From assembly GCA_035543875.1 (NCBI GenBank), contig DATKIY010000217.1, positions 1 through 40,900 on the forward strand: a stretch of DNA of 40,900 nt, given 5' to 3'. Shown piece after piece: positions 25,689 to 35,195 of this stretch. The position numbers and the translations under genes were made by a program. The notes beneath the pieces are model-generated. The model ran no database searches, had not been told where the DNA came from, and saw only the letters and a program-made list of their open reading frames with translations. Source of the DNA: Actinomycetes bacterium. GTDB taxonomy: Bacteria > Actinomycetota > Actinomycetes > JAHEKZ01. The first letter of the stretch is position 1. Each line of letters starts with the position of its first letter.

Positions 25689-25713
25689 CGGAACTCACGT
25701 CCCTGTTCAACTG

Positions 25714-26511
25714 TCATTGGAGGGTGGCGGCGTGGTCGGGGACGTAGGTGAAGTGGTCGCGTGACGGACGCTTGTAACCGGCGGACTTGGGATGTGGCGG
25801 CAAATCCGGCAGCGGTTGCTCGACGCTCGTGTAGTCCAGCGTGCTGAGGAGGTGGGCCAGCATGTTGACCCGCGCTCGTCGCTTGTCGTCGGCTTCGACC
25901 ACGAACCAGGGGGCTTCGGGGATGTCGGTGAACATGAACATCTCGTCCTTGGCTCGTGAGTAGTCCTCCCACCGAAGGATGGACTCGGTATCCATGGGTG
26001 AAAGTTTCCACCGACGTAACGGATCGTTGCGTCGATCGCGGAACCGTCGCTCTTGCTCCCCATCGCTCACGCTGAACCAGTACTTGCGAAGCAAGATGCC
26101 ATCTTCGACGAGCATGCGCTCAAGGGTCGGGGCTTGGTGGACGAACCTGCGGTACTCCGCGTCCGTGCAAAATCCCATCACCCGTTCGACGCCTGCGCGG
26201 TTGTACCAACTGCGGTCGAACAGCACGATTTCGCCGCCCGCTGGCAGGTGCTGGATGTATCGCTGGAAGTACCACTGAGTGCGTTCCCTGTCGCTCGGAG
26301 CCGGCAGGGCCGTGACTCGTGCGAACCTAGGGTTCAGATACTGGGTGACGCGTTTGATTGCGCCGCCTTTTCCAGCAGCGTCTCGGCCCTCAAACACGAT
26401 CGCGACTCGTTGTCCGGTCTCACGAACCCAAAGCTGTACTCGCGCGAGCTCCACTTGAAGGCGGTACAGCTCCTTCTCGTACTTCTTCTTGGCTAGGCGC
26501 GCTGGTGTCAT
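25714..26511 (-). CDS. ppk2: polyphosphate kinase 2 (single-domain PPK2)
   Basis: Walker A FEGRDAAGKGG, followed by the FDRSWYNR and lid-region motifs typical of PPK2. Confidence 0.88.
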   Translation of the reverse strand: MTPARLAKKKYEKELYRLQVELARVQLWVRETGQRVAIVFEGRDAAGKGGAIKRVTQYLNPRFARVTALPAPSDRERTQWYFQRYIQHLPAGGEIVLFDRSWYNRAGVERVMGFCTDAEYRRFVHQAPTLERMLVEDGILLRKYWFSVSDGEQERRFRDRRNDPLRRWKLSPMDTESILRWEDYSRAKDEMFMFTDIPEAPWFVVEADDKRRARVNMLAHLLSTLDYTSVEQPLPDLPPHPKSAGYKRPSRDHFTYVPDHAATLQ

Positions 26512-27764
26512 GGTCCAAGAGTCAACAGTTGGACGGGTCCGAGCAAGTTAAAGTTGCCATTTCCGACCAGAAAGCGTGGCAGCTCGCCGGGCAGCACCGT
26601 AATGGCTTGCACATCAGTGCCCGCCCCATCGGTCGAGGGCAGCGGAACCCGCGTCCAGTCGGGCAGGTCGCCTGGATTCAGGTACAGGAAGTCTCGTGGG
26701 TTGACCACGGCGGCAGGCGGTTCTGCTCCGCGGGCGACCACGATGTCGGGCAGCCCATCTCCGTCGGCATCGGCCACCGCGACGCTGAGGAGGTGGGGCA
26801 CCGTGTCGACTGTCGTGGTTGGAGCGAACGTGCCGTCGCCATCGTTTAGCTGGTATGCGACCTCGCTATACCTGACGCCAACAATGTCGAGAAATCCGTC
26901 GTGGTTGATATCGGCGAGCTCGCAGTCCGTGTACTGCCTTCCGATCCCGATCTGCTGACCGAGCGACTCGAAGTGGCCGTCGTTGTTCTGGAAGTAGTAC
27001 AAGATGTCGGTGCCGCAGACGAAGAGGTCCTGGTCGCCGTCCGCGTCCCAGTCGATGGCCCAACCGCACAGTCCGTAGCCGTACGACTTGTCAAGCCCGA
27101 ACCTTGGGGCTTCACGGAAATGGCCATGTGCGCGTTGGATGAAAAGCTTGTTTACGGTCAGCGCCGCGTCTGGGTCGCCGTCGCGCGGTTGTGAGTTCAT
27201 GGAGTAGATGTCGAGACGGTTATCGCCGTTTGCATCAAAGATGATGGAGTCTTTTCCTCGACCGTACGGATCGCCGACGCCGCGCTGGGTGCCCCGATCT
27301 ATGAAGCTGCCGTCATCTTGTTGAAACCACAGTTCGTTGTCGTAGTCGCTGCCCTTGACCCAGTTCTCCAGTGTTCTGCCCACCGAGCAGTACGCGTCCA
27401 TCAGCCCGTCAGCGTTTACGTCAGCCCAGTCACACCCATGCCGGTCGACGTACTTGGACGTCTGCTTCGGCCATGCCGAGACGCTGGCAGGTGGTCGGGT
27501 GAACGTGCCGTCTTGGTTGTTAAGCAGGAGCACGCCCCCACGGTCGTGGCCGGCGAGCCAGATGTCGTTATAGCTGTCGTTGTTTACATCAACCACATCG
27601 TTGTTGAAGCTTTCACTGACCTGATAGACGCCCGCCTCAACGGCTGTGTCAACAATGGGCGGCTCATCAGCGCTCGCGGCCCCGGTGAAGGCCCAGCCAG
27701 CCAGCGATCCCCAACCCACCGTGGCCGCGATCAGAGCGGCGACGCCTGAACGTGGTCGTCTCAC
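26508..27764 (-). CDS. exported FG-GAP/VCBS repeat protein
   Basis: Signal peptide MRRPRSGVAALIAATVGWGSLAGWAFTGAASA. Repeated Ca-binding DxNxDGxxD loops: DVNADGLMDAY, DANGDNRLDIY, DWDADGDQDLF, DINHDGFLDIV and DADGDGLPDIVV. Its stop overlaps the ppk2 start by 4 nt. Confidence 0.8.
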   Translation of the reverse strand: MRRPRSGVAALIAATVGWGSLAGWAFTGAASADEPPIVDTAVEAGVYQVSESFNNDVVDVNNDSYNDIWLAGHDRGGVLLLNNQDGTFTRPPASVSAWPKQTSKYVDRHGCDWADVNADGLMDAYCSVGRTLENWVKGSDYDNELWFQQDDGSFIDRGTQRGVGDPYGRGKDSIIFDANGDNRLDIYSMNSQPRDGDPDAALTVNKLFIQRAHGHFREAPRFGLDKSYGYGLCGWAIDWDADGDQDLFVCGTDILYYFQNNDGHFESLGQQIGIGRQYTDCELADINHDGFLDIVGVRYSEVAYQLNDGDGTFAPTTTVDTVPHLLSVAVADADGDGLPDIVVARGAEPPAAVVNPRDFLYLNPGDLPDWTRVPLPSTDGAGTDVQAITVLPGELPRFLVGNGNFNLLGPVQLLTLGP

Positions 27765-27887
27765 GAGTGCCTCCCCAGGCCGTACCCGCTCTCCCGACGG
27801 GCACGGCTTCGACCCTAGGGGAAACGGGAATCACGGTGGGGTGATAGCGCGAAACTGGCCCTGCTGACGAGCCGGAGCCGGACCTGC

Positions 27888-30623
27888 TCAGGCGTCGCCC
27901 ATCCCTGCGCCGGGGTCCGCGGCACGCGGATCGTCGATCCGGTAGCGGTCAAACGCCTCAGCAACCACCTCTCGCTTGACTTCGCCGAGCCGCGCGAGCT
28001 CTTGCAGCGTGCGGACGGCGATCGACTCGGCATCGATCCGGAAATGCCGTCTAAGCGCGCCGCGGGTGTCGGACAGCCCAAAGCCATCAGTGCCGAGTGT
28101 CACGTAGTCGCCGGGAACCCAAGGTCGGATCAGCTCCTGCACCGCCCGCTGGTAGTCGGAGACGGCGACGATCGGTCCCGATACCTGCTCAAGTTTTTGT
28201 GTGACGTAAGACGTCTGCGGTTCGACGGTTGGGTTCAGCATGTTGTGCGAGTCAACCGCGAGCCCTTCGCGATGCAGCTCAACCCAGGACGTGACAGACC
28301 AGACGTCTGCGCTTACCCCCCAGTCGTCGCCGAGGAGTCGAGCAGCCTCCAACGTGGCTGGCATGGCCGAGCCGCTCGCCAACAGCTGCGCATGAGTACC
28401 GCCGTTGCGCGTACTGGTCTGGTAGCGGTAGAGCCCGCGCAGCAACCCTTCGACATCGACATCAGCGGGCTCGGCGGGTTGCTCGATGGGCTCGTTGTAG
28501 ACGGTCAGGTAGTAGTACACGTTCTCGGGTGACTTGCCGTACATCCGTCGTAGGCCGTCGCGCACGATGTGACCGATTTCGAAGCCAAACGCCGGGTCGT
28601 AGCTGACAACGGCCGGATTGGTCGCAGCAAGCAGCAGCGAGTGCCCGTCTTCGTGTTGCAGACCTTCCCCATTGAGCGTGGTGCGACCAGCGGTTGCGCC
28701 GATGAGGAACCCGCGCGCCATCTGGTCTGCTGCCGCCCAAAAAGCATCGGCGGTCCGCTGGAAACCGAACATCGAGTAGAAGATGTAAATCGGGATCATC
28801 GGTTCGTCGTGCGTGGCATAGGACGAGCCGACGGCGGTGAACGAAGCTGCTGACCCTGCCTCATTAATGCCTTGGTGAAGTAGCTGGCCGTCTGTGGCTT
28901 CCTTGTACGACAACATGAGTTCGCGATCGACGGATGCATACGTCTGACCGTGAGGGTTGTAGATCTTCTGGACGGCGAACATGGCGTCCATGCCGAAGGT
29001 GCGCGCTTCGTCGGGGATGATTGGGACGATGCGGTGCCCGATCTCTGGGTCCTTGAGCAGGTCTTTCAGCAAGCGAACAAACGCCATCGTCGTTGCGATG
29101 TGTTGCTTGCCGGCCCCTCGGCGTGCCACTTCATACACGGGGTCGCCCGGCAGGACCAGTGGTTTGCTCTCGGTGCGGCGTCGCGGCAAGTAGCCGCCCA
29201 GTGCCTTGCGTCGGTCGTGCAGGTAGCGGGTGATGTCGCTGTCCTCGCCTGGGTGGTAGTACGGCGGCAGCTTCTCGTCGATCCGGTCGTCTTCGATCGG
29301 GATTTGGAGGCGGTCGCGGAATCCCTTGAGGTCGTCGAGCGTCAGTTTCTTCATCTGGTGCGTGGAGTTACGCCCCTCAAAGTGCGAACCAAGAGTCCAA
29401 CCCTTGATGGTCTTAGCCAAGATGACGGTCGGCTGTCCCTTGTGCTCGACCGCCGACAGGTACGCACCGTAGAGCTTGCGGTAGTCGTGACCGCCGCGCT
29501 GTAGCGCCCAAATCTGGTCGTCCGTCCAGTCCTCGACCAGCTTGCGCGTGCGTGGATCGCGGCCAAAGAAGTGGTCGCGGATGAACCCGCCGTCTTCGGA
29601 CTTGTAGGTCTGGAAGTCTCCGTCAGGAGTGGTGTTCATGACGTTAACCAAGGCACCGTCAGAGTCCTGAGCAAGCAACGGGTCCCAGCTTCGACCCCAG
29701 ATCACCTTGATGACGTTCCATCCGGCGCCACGGAAGAACGCCTCCAGCTCTTGGATGATTTTCCCGTTGCCGCGGACCGGGCCGTCGAGCCGCTGCAGGT
29801 TGCAGTTGACGACGAACGTGAGGTTGTCGAGCTCTTCGCGCGCGGCGAGGCCGATGGGGCCGAGCGACTCCACTTCGTCCATCTCGCCATCGCCGAGGAA
29901 CGCCCACACGTGTTGGTCGGAGGTGTCCTTGATGCCACGGTTGTGCAAGTAGCGGTTGAACTGCGCCTGATAGATCGCATTGATAGGGCCGAGGCCCATA
30001 GAGACGGTGGGGAACTCCCAAAAGTCGGGCATGAGACGTGGATGCGGATACGAGGGGAGACCACCTGCTGGGTGCGACAACTCCTGTCGGAAGCCATCGA
30101 GCCGGTCCTCGGTCAGGCGTCCTTCTAGGTACGCGCGCGCGTACACACCTGGCGATGCGTGACCCTGGATGTAAATCTGGTCGCCGCCGCCTTCGTGCTC
30201 GCGTCCGCGAAAGAAGTGGTTGAACCCGACTTCGTACAACGACGCGCTGGACGCGTACGTGGAGATGTGGCCGCCAACTCCCACGCCGGGACGCTGCGCA
30301 CGGTGAACCATGATGGCCGCGTTCCACCGGATGTACGCGCGGATTCGTCGCTCGACCCACTCGTCGCCCGGAAACCACGGTTCTTGTTCGGGCGGGATGG
30401 TGTTGATGTAGTCCGTGGTGGTCAGGGACGGAACGCCGACATTCTTCTCGCGGGCACGTTGGAGCAGGCTGAGCATGAGGTACCGCGCCCGATACGCGCC
30501 CTGGTCGTCGATCACCGCGTCGAGTGAGTCGCGCCACTCCTGCGTCTCCTCGGGGTCGACGTCGACCAGCTGCGTGGGAAGCCCGCTGCTGATGAGAGGT
30601 TCGCGCTCGCGCCCGTTAGTCAC
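27888..30623 (-). CDS. aceE: pyruvate dehydrogenase E1 component (homodimeric type)
   Basis: ORF 27888..30839, trimmed to GTG 30621-30623 after an AGGAAGGG RBS ([30 protein letters not shown]...). ThDP motif [12 protein letters not shown]...NCNLQRLDG. About 911 aa, as expected for AceE. Confidence 0.9.
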   Translation of the reverse strand: MTNGREREPLISSGLPTQLVDVDPEETQEWRDSLDAVIDDQGAYRARYLMLSLLQRAREKNVGVPSLTTTDYINTIPPEQEPWFPGDEWVERRIRAYIRWNAAIMVHRAQRPGVGVGGHISTYASSASLYEVGFNHFFRGREHEGGGDQIYIQGHASPGVYARAYLEGRLTEDRLDGFRQELSHPAGGLPSYPHPRLMPDFWEFPTVSMGLGPINAIYQAQFNRYLHNRGIKDTSDQHVWAFLGDGEMDEVESLGPIGLAAREELDNLTFVVNCNLQRLDGPVRGNGKIIQELEAFFRGAGWNVIKVIWGRSWDPLLAQDSDGALVNVMNTTPDGDFQTYKSEDGGFIRDHFFGRDPRTRKLVEDWTDDQIWALQRGGHDYRKLYGAYLSAVEHKGQPTVILAKTIKGWTLGSHFEGRNSTHQMKKLTLDDLKGFRDRLQIPIEDDRIDEKLPPYYHPGEDSDITRYLHDRRKALGGYLPRRRTESKPLVLPGDPVYEVARRGAGKQHIATTMAFVRLLKDLLKDPEIGHRIVPIIPDEARTFGMDAMFAVQKIYNPHGQTYASVDRELMLSYKEATDGQLLHQGINEAGSAASFTAVGSSYATHDEPMIPIYIFYSMFGFQRTADAFWAAADQMARGFLIGATAGRTTLNGEGLQHEDGHSLLLAATNPAVVSYDPAFGFEIGHIVRDGLRRMYGKSPENVYYYLTVYNEPIEQPAEPADVDVEGLLRGLYRYQTSTRNGGTHAQLLASGSAMPATLEAARLLGDDWGVSADVWSVTSWVELHREGLAVDSHNMLNPTVEPQTSYVTQKLEQVSGPIVAVSDYQRAVQELIRPWVPGDYVTLGTDGFGLSDTRGALRRHFRIDAESIAVRTLQELARLGEVKREVVAEAFDRYRIDDPRAADPGAGMGDA

Positions 30624-30798
30624 GCTGGTGCCGCCCTTCCTATGAGCCGCTTGGACTGCTCGAACTGCTCCCGGCAAGTCCGTCAGGGTTTGGGACCTGG
30701 TCCGGCGTGCCCAGCCTACGCGCGACGGGCTACCCCTTCCCCTCGGCGCGTTCGCGCGGCAGGGTGAGCCACGGGGGAGCAGATTCAAGGAGGTCGCA

Positions 30799-30993
30799 AT
30801 GCATGCCAGCGTGGGTGAGAAGCTCGTTTTGCACGCCAATCACGTGGGCGAACCCGATCGGCTGGGTGAAATTCTCGAGGTACGCGGGACCGACGGCGGC
30901 CCGCCGTTTTTGGTGAAGTTCGACGATGGCCACGAGGGTTTGGTGTTCCCGGGACCAGATGCTGAGGTCAAGCACCGACCCGGCAAACAGTAA
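30799..30993 (+). CDS. DUF1918 domain protein
   Basis: 64 aa after a CAAGGAGG RBS: [44 protein letters not shown] matches the DUF1918 pattern. Confidence 0.75.
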   Translation: MHASVGEKLVLHANHVGEPDRLGEILEVRGTDGGPPFLVKFDDGHEGLVFPGPDAEVKHRPGKQ

Positions 30994-31095
30994 CTGGGGC
31001 CGCAGAACACGCCGATGTGCTTGCGCGCTCGCGCTCGCTGTAATGGACTAGCGCGACAGCCCGAACCTCGGGCCGACGAAAGGGGAGGGTTTTCG

Positions 31096-31524
31096 GTGAG
31101 CGCGACCGGCGCGGATGCCGACGCCCAGCGCGGGCAGGCAGCGCGCTTGGGGTTTGCACAGGGACAAGTGGTGCTTGAGATCGGCTATGACGAGGACTGC
31201 GACGACGAGCTGCGGCAGGCGATCTCAGCCACGATCGGCACTGAAATGGTCGACGAAGACTTTCAAGACGTGGCAGATGTCGTGCTGCTGTGGTGGCGGG
31301 AGGACGACGGCGACCTGGTAGACGCACTGGTCGATTCCATCAGTGGCATCGCAGCTGGTGGCGTGGTGTGGCTGCTGACTCCCAAAGCCGGACGGGACGG
31401 TCACGTCGAGCCGAGCGACATCGGTGAGGCAGCTCCAACTGCTGGTCTGTCGTCCACCAAGAGCACCAGCGCCGCCCGAGACTGGTCAGGCACCCGCCTG
31501 GTGGCCCCCAAAATCAACCGCTAA
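31096..31524 (+). CDS. DUF3052 domain protein
   Basis: ORF 31015..31524, trimmed to GTG 31096 after a GGGGAGGG RBS. Contains LGFAQGQVVLEIGYDEDCDDELR...VLLWWREDDGDLVDALVD...VWLLTPKAGRDGHVEPSDIGEAAPTAGL. Confidence 0.75.
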   Translation: MSATGADADAQRGQAARLGFAQGQVVLEIGYDEDCDDELRQAISATIGTEMVDEDFQDVADVVLLWWREDDGDLVDALVDSISGIAAGGVVWLLTPKAGRDGHVEPSDIGEAAPTAGLSSTKSTSAARDWSGTRLVAPKINR

Positions 31525-31609
31525 CTCCAGACCCTTCGCGCCGCACTTTCCTGCGAGAACGACGCGTTCATGCCCTTATGCGTACGAAACGCCGGCATCT
31601 TGCTGAGTC

Positions 31610-32245
31610 TTATGCGAGCCAGGGCTGGCTTTGCACAAGTGAAGTTGACTCCCAAACTTTGCCCAGACCCCATGTGCGTCCTGCTTCAAACAGCATGAGC
31701 ATGATGAGGACCACTGCATAAATCATGTGGTCATCGACGATGGGATTGTTGAAGGCACCTTGACCGGTCTTGGGGTCAACTGTGTTCGCCCACGGCGCTT
31801 CGGCGAGATACATCAAGCCCAACATCACGACGCCCGAAATCGCAGCGATGCGCATGAACACGCCGAGCGTCAGCGAAAGCCCAATTCCGAGCAGCCCAAT
31901 CATGAACAGCCAGTTGGTCCAATGGTTCGGATCAGGCGCTTCGCCCGGACGCAGTCCGGTGAAGGTGCTGGCGAAGGGACCCTCGGGGTTTGTGCCGAAC
32001 TTCAGGAATCCAAATGTCGGATCACCGTCGCCGGTTCCGAGCGCCCAACCTTGATTGTTTGGGGTCGCAAACTGCAGTCCAAAGTTCTTGTCGAGGAATG
32101 CCCACAGGAAGGTGAACCCGAGGAGAACTCGGGCGATTGCCGCCCAGTACCGGGTGGTCGCTGCAGGACGGAAGCCGTGGTACCAGCCACTTTTCGGCTC
32201 TTCTGATGTCTCGACCGTAAGGGTGTGACGGGCCTGGGTGGTCAT
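31610..32245 (-). CDS. DoxX-like membrane protein
   Basis: ORF 31610..32272, trimmed to ATG 32243-32245 after a GAGGAG RBS. Contains RYWAAIARVLLGFTFLWAFLDK plus three further TM segments. The family call is tentative. Confidence 0.5.
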   Translation of the reverse strand: MTTQARHTLTVETSEEPKSGWYHGFRPAATTRYWAAIARVLLGFTFLWAFLDKNFGLQFATPNNQGWALGTGDGDPTFGFLKFGTNPEGPFASTFTGLRPGEAPDPNHWTNWLFMIGLLGIGLSLTLGVFMRIAAISGVVMLGLMYLAEAPWANTVDPKTGQGAFNNPIVDDHMIYAVVLIMLMLFEAGRTWGLGKVWESTSLVQSQPWLA

Positions 32246-32443
32246 GAGTGGCTCCTCGTGCTTGGCACGCATGGATGATCCTGACTAACGCTCCCGCCCT
32301 CACCATCGCACGGCCAGGGACTTTCTTCCCTATTGGTTCCGCCAGAGGTCACTCGGATTCGCGGCGTGGCTTGATGCCTGTTTGACTGTGCCTTGGCGCC
32401 CGCCCACGTGGCAGGTCCGACGATGGAAGGGATTCGCGAACCC

Positions 32444-32902
32444 ATGACTGCTGAGCTCGGGCAAGAGGCACCAGACTTCACTCTCCCGAACCACCACGGT
32501 GAACCCGTCACCTTGTCTTCCTACCGTGGCAAGAAGAACGTCGTCCTCATCTTCTATCCCTGGGCGTTTACTGGCACCTGCACGGCGGAGCTGTGCGAGA
32601 TTCGCGAGCGTATGCCGTCCTTCGATAACGATGACACTGTGACGTTCGCGATCTCCTGTGACGCCAAGTTCAGTTTGCGCATCTATGCCGAGCGCGAGGA
32701 TTTCGAATTCGACCTACTCAGTGACCACTGGCCGCATGGTGCGACTGCAAAGTCGTATGGCGTTTTCAACGAGAAGGCTGGCGCGGCAAATCGAGGAACG
32801 TTCATCATCGACAAAGAGGGCATCATCCGCTTCGTCGTTGTAAACGGCATTCCAGACGCACGCGACCCGGGCGAGTACGAGAAGGCGCTCGCAGCCCTCT
32901 GA
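32444..32902 (+). CDS. ahpE: peroxiredoxin, AhpE-like (AhpC/TSA family)
   Basis: ORF 32393..32902, trimmed to ATG 32444 after a GGAAGGGA RBS. Reads APDFTLPNHHGEPVTLSSYRGKKNVVLIFYPWAFTGTCTAELC, with the peroxidatic Cys in the PxxxTxxC context. About 152 aa. Confidence 0.85.
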   Translation: MTAELGQEAPDFTLPNHHGEPVTLSSYRGKKNVVLIFYPWAFTGTCTAELCEIRERMPSFDNDDTVTFAISCDAKFSLRIYAEREDFEFDLLSDHWPHGATAKSYGVFNEKAGAANRGTFIIDKEGIIRFVVVNGIPDARDPGEYEKALAAL

Positions 32903-32945
32903 TTTCGGTCAGCAACTGGTGCGCCGGTACGCTCGGTGCTCGTTC

Positions 32946-33017
32946 GGGCGTATAGCTCAGCGGTAGAGCACTGGTCTTACAAACCAGCGGTCGTAGGTTC
33001 GATCCCTACTGCGCCCA
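32946..33017 (+). tRNA. tRNA-Val: tRNA-Val (anticodon TAC)
   Basis: The cloverleaf folds by hand. Acceptor GGGCGTA/TGCGCCC, D arm GCTC-AGCGGTA-GAGC, anticodon arm CTGGT-CTTACAA-ACCAG. Variable loop CGGTC, T arm GTAGG-TTCGATC-CCTAC, discriminator A. CCA is not encoded. Confidence 0.93.
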
Positions 33018-33058
33018 CCCATCCCGACGTGCGGCGATGACGAATCACAGCGACGTAC

Positions 33059-33583
33059 CTACGCGTCCGAACGTTGCGAAGGTAGGGCCGCGCTAGGGTC
33101 CGGTCGCAGCAGAACAGCTCGACGCGATGCGTCGGCAACCTTCTCCTCTTCGAACAGGTGCGTGTAGACCGCTGCGGTGAACTCCGGCGTGGAGCGACCG
33201 AGTCTCCTGCTGATCCCAAGCATCGACTCACCGGCAGCGTGACCGAGTGACGCTGAAAGGTGGCGCAGGTCGTGGAGCCGACAGACGCGCACACCCGCGC
33301 GCTCGGCCGCCCGTTGGAACGCTTGAGTGAGTGACTCGGGGAGGTAGGGCTGGCCGTTTTCCTTGACGAACACACAGTCGTTGACTTCGTACGCCTCGCC
33401 CCACGCAAGTCCCTCAGCGGCCTGCTGCCGTTTCCACTGACGCAAGACGGCAACGGTGTCGGTCGTGGAGTGAACGGCGCGACCTGTTCCTGCTTTTGTC
33501 TTCGGGATTCCTTCGTGGACGTCGCGGTCTAGCTGACGCTCACACCCAAGTTGACCTGGGCCGAGGTAGGCAGTGGCAGGCGT
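33059..33583 (-). pseudogene. tyrosine recombinase (phage-type integrase) remnant, C-terminal catalytic part only
   Basis: The C-terminal about 175 aa of ORF 33059..34000 read IPKTKAGTGRAVHSTTDTVAVLRQ...VRVCRLHDLRHLSASLGHAAGESMLGISRRLGRSTPEFTAAVYTHLFEE (HxLRH box and the Y of the catalytic tail). The N-terminal domains are missing. The upstream part of the ORF is not integrase-like and overlaps the + strand gene. Confidence 0.7.
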
Positions 33584-33715
33584 TCGAGGTGGGAGCATCG
33601 ATGTCATGGAGCGAATGTCTGCCGCCGAAGGCGGCGGCAGACGGGTGGCCCGGGCATTCCGTAACGCTCTCGGAACGCCCCGACGGGAGGATCGGCGAAA
33701 AGGAGGTCGTGATCG

Positions 33716-34993
33716 ATGCCTACTGCCGTGCGCTGGCGTACCGGCGTCGTGTGGACGCTCACCTGGGCGGTGCCGGTACTGGCGATCCTCGCTGTCCTGG
33801 CCAGCCTGAAGGCGACGCTCGAGTTCACGGGAACCGGCCAGACAGCCTCCACCGCCGGCGTGGCCCTGGTCGGTCTTTGCGGAAGCGCATGCGCGCTCAT
33901 CGGCGGGACGATCTGTGCCCGAACCCCGAACATACGAATCGGTGCTCTCTTGCTCGGGCTCGGCTGGGTCATCGCTCTGACACTGGCGTGGATGTCCCAA
34001 GCGGCTCTAGACCTGCCGGGTTCGGCCTGGGTTCCGTCGCTCCTATCCCTGGTGACCATCCAGGTGTTTCCGCTCATGGCAATGGTGCTCCTGCTCTTCC
34101 CGGACGGCCACCTGCTGTCTCCCCGTTGGCGACCAGCGGTGTGGCTGATCGTGGCCATCGCGGTGTTGTCTGTTCTGCTCACCGGGTTCGATCCGCAGAT
34201 CTCTGACCCCAGAGGGGCCGAGTCGGTCGTGAACTGGTTCATGACTGACTCGGGGGCACACCTGCTGTTCACGCTGATCCCAGTGGCGTTGCTGTCAGGT
34301 GCGGTCTCGCTGGTGCTTCGGTTCCGGCGGTCGACGGGCGTCATTCACGTGCAGCTGAAGTGGTTGGCGTTCGCGGCGGTAGTCGCGACCGTTGCCCAGG
34401 TGATGCAGACCGTCTTGTGGACCCTGGCCCAGGTCTACGGCCTGCCACTGGGTGGCGTGAGCTTCGTCGTGCTGGCTCTCGGGTTCACCGCCATCCCTGT
34501 GGCGTGCGGAGTCGCCATCCTCCGCTACCACCTCTTCGACATCGATCGCGTGGTCAGTCGATCCGTGGCGTACTTAGGCGTGACCGCAGTAGTGGTGACC
34601 GTCTACCTATGCATCGTGGCCACGATGACGTATTTCCTCCCGGTGCAGACCAACCTCGCTGTGGCGCTGGGCACCCTGGCAGCAGCATCGGTGCTTGAGC
34701 CGACCCGGCGGCATGTACAGCGCGCTGTCGACCGGCGTTTCAACCGTGCGCGCTATGACTCGGTCCAGACCGTGGAGGCGTTCGGGGTCCGCCTGTCACA
34801 CGTGCTCGACGACGCGACCGTGCCCGACGACCTGCTGCAGACGGTCGCTGCCACGTTGCAGCCCAGCACCCTCGCCCTGTATGAGCGACCGTTGCCAACC
34901 AAGAACCCAACCGAGGGGCGTCCATCGCCGTCGAGCACCCGGACGATGACGTCGACTAGACCTTCGGTCTCCCGGCGCGAGGGTCGGCGGTAG
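33716..34993 (+). CDS. polytopic membrane protein with sensor-kinase-like N-terminal module, no kinase core
   Basis: ATG after an AAAGGAGG RBS, with strong third-position GC bias. About 9 TM segments, then LRYHLFDIDRVVSRSVAYLGVTAVV and QRAVDRRFNRARYDSVQTVEAFGVRLS...LQPSTLALYERP. In my memory this motif set occurs in the membrane part of actinobacterial HisKA_3-type sensor proteins. No DHp or ATPase motifs are present. Confidence 0.6.
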   Translation: MPTAVRWRTGVVWTLTWAVPVLAILAVLASLKATLEFTGTGQTASTAGVALVGLCGSACALIGGTICARTPNIRIGALLLGLGWVIALTLAWMSQAALDLPGSAWVPSLLSLVTIQVFPLMAMVLLLFPDGHLLSPRWRPAVWLIVAIAVLSVLLTGFDPQISDPRGAESVVNWFMTDSGAHLLFTLIPVALLSGAVSLVLRFRRSTGVIHVQLKWLAFAAVVATVAQVMQTVLWTLAQVYGLPLGGVSFVVLALGFTAIPVACGVAILRYHLFDIDRVVSRSVAYLGVTAVVVTVYLCIVATMTYFLPVQTNLAVALGTLAAASVLEPTRRHVQRAVDRRFNRARYDSVQTVEAFGVRLSHVLDDATVPDDLLQTVAATLQPSTLALYERPLPTKNPTEGRPSPSSTRTMTSTRPSVSRREGRR

Positions 34994-35112
34994 GGCGAAC
35001 ATCCCGACAGCCACCGAACCAACCGGACGGATTCCGAACAGCGTCAAGCGAAACCCATGTAGAAGCAAGGGACGCGGCAACACACGGCCAACAACGGACC
35101 CACGGACGGGGG

Positions 35113-35157
35113 CTTACAAACCAGCGGTCGGGGATTCAAGTCCCTCTGCGCCCACCC
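35113..35157 (+). repeat. diverged copy of the tRNA-Val 3' half (att-like junction inside the island)
   Basis: CTTACAAACCAGCGGTCG and TGCGCCCACCC are identical to the tRNA, while the T-arm differs (GGGATTCAAGTCCCTC versus TAGGTTCGATCCCTAC). Similarity to the tRNA-downstream flank continues for about 240 bp into the second integrase remnant. Confidence 0.75.
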
Positions 35158-35195
35158 ATCTCGACGTGCAGCGATGTTGAATCACAACGACGGTC

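Noticed and set aside
30624-30839. Long N-terminal extension of the aceE ORF (track: 27888..30839, 983 aa) overlapping the DUF1918 gene.
   Set aside because: The extension ([17 protein letters not shown]...[14 protein letters not shown]) is Arg/Ser/Pro-rich with no AceE homology. A GTG at 30621-30623 with an AGGAAGGG RBS gives the canonical AceE N-terminus, and DUF1918 on the other strand explains 30799-30993.
33584-34000. N-terminal 140 aa of ORF 33059..34000, as a possible continuation of the integrase.
   Set aside because: The sequence (Arg/Pro/Gly-rich) has no integrase N-domain features. It overlaps the strongly coding + strand gene starting at 33716 and is treated as an off-frame artefact.
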